A DNA stretch of 64,000 nucleotides, taken from positions 1-64,000 of the forward strand of contig JBBRSB010000004.1 of assembly GCA_038245785.1 (NCBI GenBank). The letters run 5' to 3'. Shown one piece after another: positions 60,591 to 64,000 of this stretch. How positions within the stretch are numbered: position 1 is the stretch's first letter; every line of letters begins with the position of its first letter. A program made the position numbers and the translations under genes. A model generated the notes under the pieces. It saw nothing but the letters and a program-made list of their open reading frames with translations, was not told the DNA's origin and did no database searches. The stretch comes from Gloeobacterales cyanobacterium (lineage in GTDB: Bacteria; Cyanobacteriota; Cyanobacteriia; Gloeobacterales; PMM-0068).

Positions 60591-60969
60591 TGGTGGAGCT
60601 GACGGGAGTCGAACCCGTGTCCATCCGTAGCTATTAGACTCCCATTCATTCACAGGCTTAGCCTCTTTAACCCCAGAGACCGGGCGCTTCGTACCCAAAA
60701 GCGAAGGGTTTCCCTAACTGTTCTTAAGTCGGTATCCGTCAGGACTATACCAACAGCATCCGATGGGGGTTTGCTTAAAGCCTTATCGGCGTTAACTTTA
60801 AGCCTCTCACACAAATTAAGGCAATTTGTGCTTACGCGGCCAAGGCCACCTTACGAGAGAAAGGAACGAAGTTGTTCGCATTTACTGTTTTGAACTGATT
60901 TTACGGGATCGGATCACTCCCGGCCTGCAGAGAAGCGGTTCGCTAGAATGTCGAAACCGTGACAGCCCC
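60591..60969 (-). ncRNA. ssrA: tmRNA
   Basis: 5' GGGGCTGTCACGGTTTCGAC; 3' GGGTTCGACTCCCGTCAGCTCCACCA; tag frame 60879-60832 encodes ANNFVPFSRKVALAA*. Confidence 0.96.
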
Positions 60970-61134
60970 TTGCTCCTCTATTGTGCCATATTCTTCTGCT
61001 CTGCTGGGAATAGATTGAGTCCAGTCAGTTTGATAATGCCTAAATCTCACCTAGTAAAGTTACTGAGTAATGCGCTTGACATAGTAACGGGTCAGATTTT
61101 GGGATAATCAAGGACATAGTACCTTCAGCCCCTC

Positions 61135-62643
61135 ATGAATTTAGCTCATCTCCTAGACCAGTCTGCCACCGCTTATCCCGACCGCATCGCCTTTATTAAT
61201 GCAGAACAGCATTTGAGCTACCAGGAATTTCAGCAGCAATCCATGGTTTTGGCGGGGGGATTCAAACGGTTAGGAGTAAGAAAAGGTGACAGAGTGGCCA
61301 TCATGCTACCCAACACCTTGCTCTTTCCCTCTTTGGTTTATGCCATTTGGCGATTGGGAGCACAACTGGTCACCGTCAACCCCCTGATGAAATCTCAAGA
61401 GGTCGAGTACATCGTCAAAAACAGTGAAGCCAGCGTTCTGGTAACGTTAGGAGCCTTATCCGATGTCTTGGATCTCCCCGATTATCAAGGAGCTTGGGTC
61501 GCTGTTGGAGAAACCAGTCGGGATGCCGTGCCCTATGCCCAACTTTTCCAAGCGCCCCCAGTCATCCAACCAGAACCCCTGGAAGCGGAGGATGTGGTAG
61601 CGGTTATTTATACCTCTGGAACTACAGGTAGGCCCAAGGGAGCGATGCTGACGAGTAGAAATCTGGACTTCGACTCAGCAGTAGCGCGTGAAGCGATAAA
61701 AGTAACTAAAGAAGACCGTTTCTACTGCGTTTTGCCCTTATTTCATATTTATGCACTTAATGTCGCTTTATTAGTCAGTGTTCGGAGTGGAGCCAGTGTT
61801 TTCCTGGAGCCTCGGTTTGTCCCCCATGTGACGCTGAAGCATCTTAAAGAATTTGAATGCAACATTTTCCTAGGAGTGCCTGCCCTTTTCAGTGCTCTAC
61901 TGGCAGCCTCAGGAGAGGGTAATTTGCAAAAGTTGAGATGCTGTATATCTGGCAGCGCACCTCTAACGATTTCTGTCTTAAAACAATTCGAGGAAAAATT
62001 TCAGACCATCATCTTAGAAGGGGATGGCCCGACTGAATGTTCTCCTGTTACCACGTTTAATCCTATCGATGGATCTCGAAAAGTTGGCTCTATTGGCCTG
62101 CCGCTATCGGGAATCGAAATGGCTATCGTTGACCCCGATACCGATGAGTTGATGCCTGCGGGAGAGGTAGGAGAGCTCGTAGTCAAGGGAGAAAATGTAT
62201 TTAAGGGATATCTTAATCAGCCAGAGGAAACGGCTAAAGTGCTCAAAAATGGCTGGTATCACACAGGAGATTTGGGTTCTGTAGATGAAGATGGGTACTT
62301 TTATATAGTGGACCGTCTCAAAGACTTGATCATTGTCGGGGGGATGAATGTTTATGCCCGTGAAGTAGAAGAGATAATCCATCAGTATTCGGCCATCACA
62401 GCCTGTGCCGTAGTCGGTGAATACGATGGATTACGAGGAGAAGTAGTTCATGCTTTTGTAGAAGTAAAAGAGAAGAAAGATTCTCTTGAAAGAGACTTAA
62501 TCAAATTTACCCGTGAAAAACTAGCAGACTATAAATGCCCACGCAAAGTCACTGTTCTAGAACAACTTCCTCGCTCTCTAACAGGGAAAATCTTAAAGCG
62601 GACCTTAAAGGAAGGAATGAAAGGGTATTCACTTAAAGACTAA
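61135..62643 (+). CDS. Long-chain fatty acid-CoA ligase (AMP-binding)
   Basis: YTSGTTGRPKG, LPLFH, GWYHTGD, IVDRLKD, LPRSLTGKILK. Confidence 0.92.
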   Translation: MNLAHLLDQSATAYPDRIAFINAEQHLSYQEFQQQSMVLAGGFKRLGVRKGDRVAIMLPNTLLFPSLVYAIWRLGAQLVTVNPLMKSQEVEYIVKNSEASVLVTLGALSDVLDLPDYQGAWVAVGETSRDAVPYAQLFQAPPVIQPEPLEAEDVVAVIYTSGTTGRPKGAMLTSRNLDFDSAVAREAIKVTKEDRFYCVLPLFHIYALNVALLVSVRSGASVFLEPRFVPHVTLKHLKEFECNIFLGVPALFSALLAASGEGNLQKLRCCISGSAPLTISVLKQFEEKFQTIILEGDGPTECSPVTTFNPIDGSRKVGSIGLPLSGIEMAIVDPDTDELMPAGEVGELVVKGENVFKGYLNQPEETAKVLKNGWYHTGDLGSVDEDGYFYIVDRLKDLIIVGGMNVYAREVEEIIHQYSAITACAVVGEYDGLRGEVVHAFVEVKEKKDSLERDLIKFTREKLADYKCPRKVTVLEQLPRSLTGKILKRTLKEGMKGYSLKD

Positions 62644-62657
62644 GGCACTGAGTATCT

Positions 62658-63212
62658 ATGGAGCACGGCTTAGATTATGTAGAACTGCGACTTGCTCTGA
62701 TTAGAGAGATTGAGAAAGCCTTTGGGCATATCGATAAAGTTAGTAATCACGAAAAAATATATGCCTTTGGTTTATATACCAATGCCGAGGGGAGCTATCT
62801 ATACCCGACGGCTAATACAGAGGAAGGACTGCTTCGAAAGGCCAAGAGTTATTCAAAAGTGTACTCCTTGAAACAGAGTTCTAAAATCTTGCGATGGAGT
62901 CCTAGTCATTGGGATTACCATCTGGAAGGCCAAGAATATTTCGAGGAAGTCAATAGAATTCTAAATTCAGGATGGTCTAAGGATTATGGTGAATTTATTC
63001 CTGAGCCTAAGATTATTTTTCAGATTTGTATCAATGTACTTATGCTCCTCAATAGTGATTCTACTTTTGGTTTGAGGCAGTCTAGAAGTCCTATTCTGCT
63101 TAATCTGTTTAAAGGCAGCCAAGAGACAGAAGAACTGATATCGCAAGCAAGAATATTAAATAGCTTGGCTCAATGCAATCAGTTTGAGGAGGAGTTGCGT
63201 CCAGGGATTTAG
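62658..63212 (+). CDS. DUF4303-like hypothetical protein
   Basis: EKIYAFGLY..ANTEE..RWSPSHW pattern. Confidence 0.7.
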   Translation: MEHGLDYVELRLALIREIEKAFGHIDKVSNHEKIYAFGLYTNAEGSYLYPTANTEEGLLRKAKSYSKVYSLKQSSKILRWSPSHWDYHLEGQEYFEEVNRILNSGWSKDYGEFIPEPKIIFQICINVLMLLNSDSTFGLRQSRSPILLNLFKGSQETEELISQARILNSLAQCNQFEEELRPGI

Positions 63213-63733
63213 AGTAGCATCAGACTCACTTCAAACCGCTTAGACATCAGAGTAACATCTATAAATTTTGGGGGAGCCCAAATTGCTATATCTCCTCCAG
63301 GACAGCTGACTACCCGCCAACATTCATCCGGTCTTCCCATCGATACTCCAACTTGCCAGCATTCATACAGATCATGTTTTCCATTGAGGAAGAAAACATC
63401 ACCAGAGGCTAATGTTAAAATCAGGTGTGGGTGCAAGTCGCCTAATTGCACATCGACAATGACTTGTTCTCGTAGTCTACATAAGATTTTTAATTCTTCT
63501 TCTATAGAAAGAGCTGGAATATCCTCTTCCTGTGTAGAGTGATTTTCTGATACAGCTGAAAATAGAGCCCATAATGATTCTAAATTAAGATGAATTTGAC
63601 CACGAAGAAGTACTTTATCTGACTTTTGAATGAGTAACTGAAGTTTAGGCCCAAATTTAATGCCATCCATGCGCGCTCCTAAAAGTAGATGCCGCAACAC
63701 CGCTTCTGCTAAGTATTTATCTTTAGGATTCAT
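63209..63733 (-). CDS. Hypothetical protein
   Basis: 174-aa ORF starting 10 nt after the methyltransferase stop; no motif recognised. Confidence 0.6.
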   Translation of the reverse strand: MNPKDKYLAEAVLRHLLLGARMDGIKFGPKLQLLIQKSDKVLLRGQIHLNLESLWALFSAVSENHSTQEEDIPALSIEEELKILCRLREQVIVDVQLGDLHPHLILTLASGDVFFLNGKHDLYECWQVGVSMGRPDECWRVVSCPGGDIAIWAPPKFIDVTLMSKRFEVSLMLL

Positions 63734-63742
63734 AATATTCTT

Positions 63743-64000
63743 CTAATACATCTCATACTTGAGAAAAGTACAAGCTAGGGATCCGTTATAGACAGGAATA
63801 CGTCTAGAAGCTTTGAGACCGACTCGTTTGGCGAGCTCTTTATTACCCGTCAAAACAAAGGCGGTCCATCCTTTAAAGCGTTGCTTGAAGATGTCCCCTA
63901 AAGATTTATAGAGGCTTCCCAATTCTTCAGCATTTCCTAGTCGTTCCCCATACGGAGGATTACAAATTAGGATGCCCGTTTCAGTTGGAGCTTCTATATC
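63743..64000 (-). CDS. THUMP/RlmL-like RNA methyltransferase, 3' end only (runs off the window)
   Basis: Manual translation: GILICNPPYGERLG..LYKSLGDIFKQRFKGWTAFVLTGN..VYNGSLAC. Confidence 0.88.
   Translation of the reverse strand, partial: DIEAPTETGILICNPPYGERLGNAEELGSLYKSLGDIFKQRFKGWTAFVLTGNKELAKRVGLKASRRIPVYNGSLACTFLKYEMY

Noticed and set aside
60591..60632. tRNA-like T-arm with CCA end
   Set aside because: It is the tmRNA 3' end; the matching 5' end and tag frame are present
60826..61107. 93-aa ORF
   Set aside because: Antisense to tmRNA with no recognisable motif
1..64000. CRISPR array, rRNA, tRNA, transposase or integrase
   Set aside because: No regularly spaced repeats, RNA-gene signatures or such ORFs seen

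Overview
64 kb of a cyanobacterial chromosome (psb28, plant-type ferredoxin, cyanobacterial 6S RNA, tmRNA tag ANNFVPFSRKVALAA, NtcA and ManR boxes). By eye the HIP1 octamer GCGATCGC is absent outside one gene, which suggests a HIP1-poor lineage such as Gloeobacterales (inference). Core genes: pilD-pilMNOPQ, trmFO, murA, ssrS, der, a Ski2-like helicase, an HtrA protease, a UvrD helicase, rfbBDAC, trpG, thrB, aroA, psb28, sat, manR/manS-mntCAB, ssrA and an acyl-CoA synthetase. Accessory modules: three TA loci (DUF1778/GNAT, AbrB/PIN, orphan MNT); a PLP enzyme + 2OG-Fe dioxygenase + NarL regulator + hypFC block; cyanase-TetR-rhodanese; and a defence islet at the tmRNA 3' end (frameshifted MmeI-like RM gene, AbiF toxin with an upstream hairpin RNA). 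The most notable unexplained structure is a family of 44-bp double-hairpin repeats tied to a decayed DUF559 endonuclease gene. One copy forms a MITE-like unit with perfect inverted ends and an internally deleted DUF559 core, which suggests a REP/RAYT-like mobile system built on a PD-(D/E)XK nuclease. All calls come from reading the sequence by eye; no searches were run.
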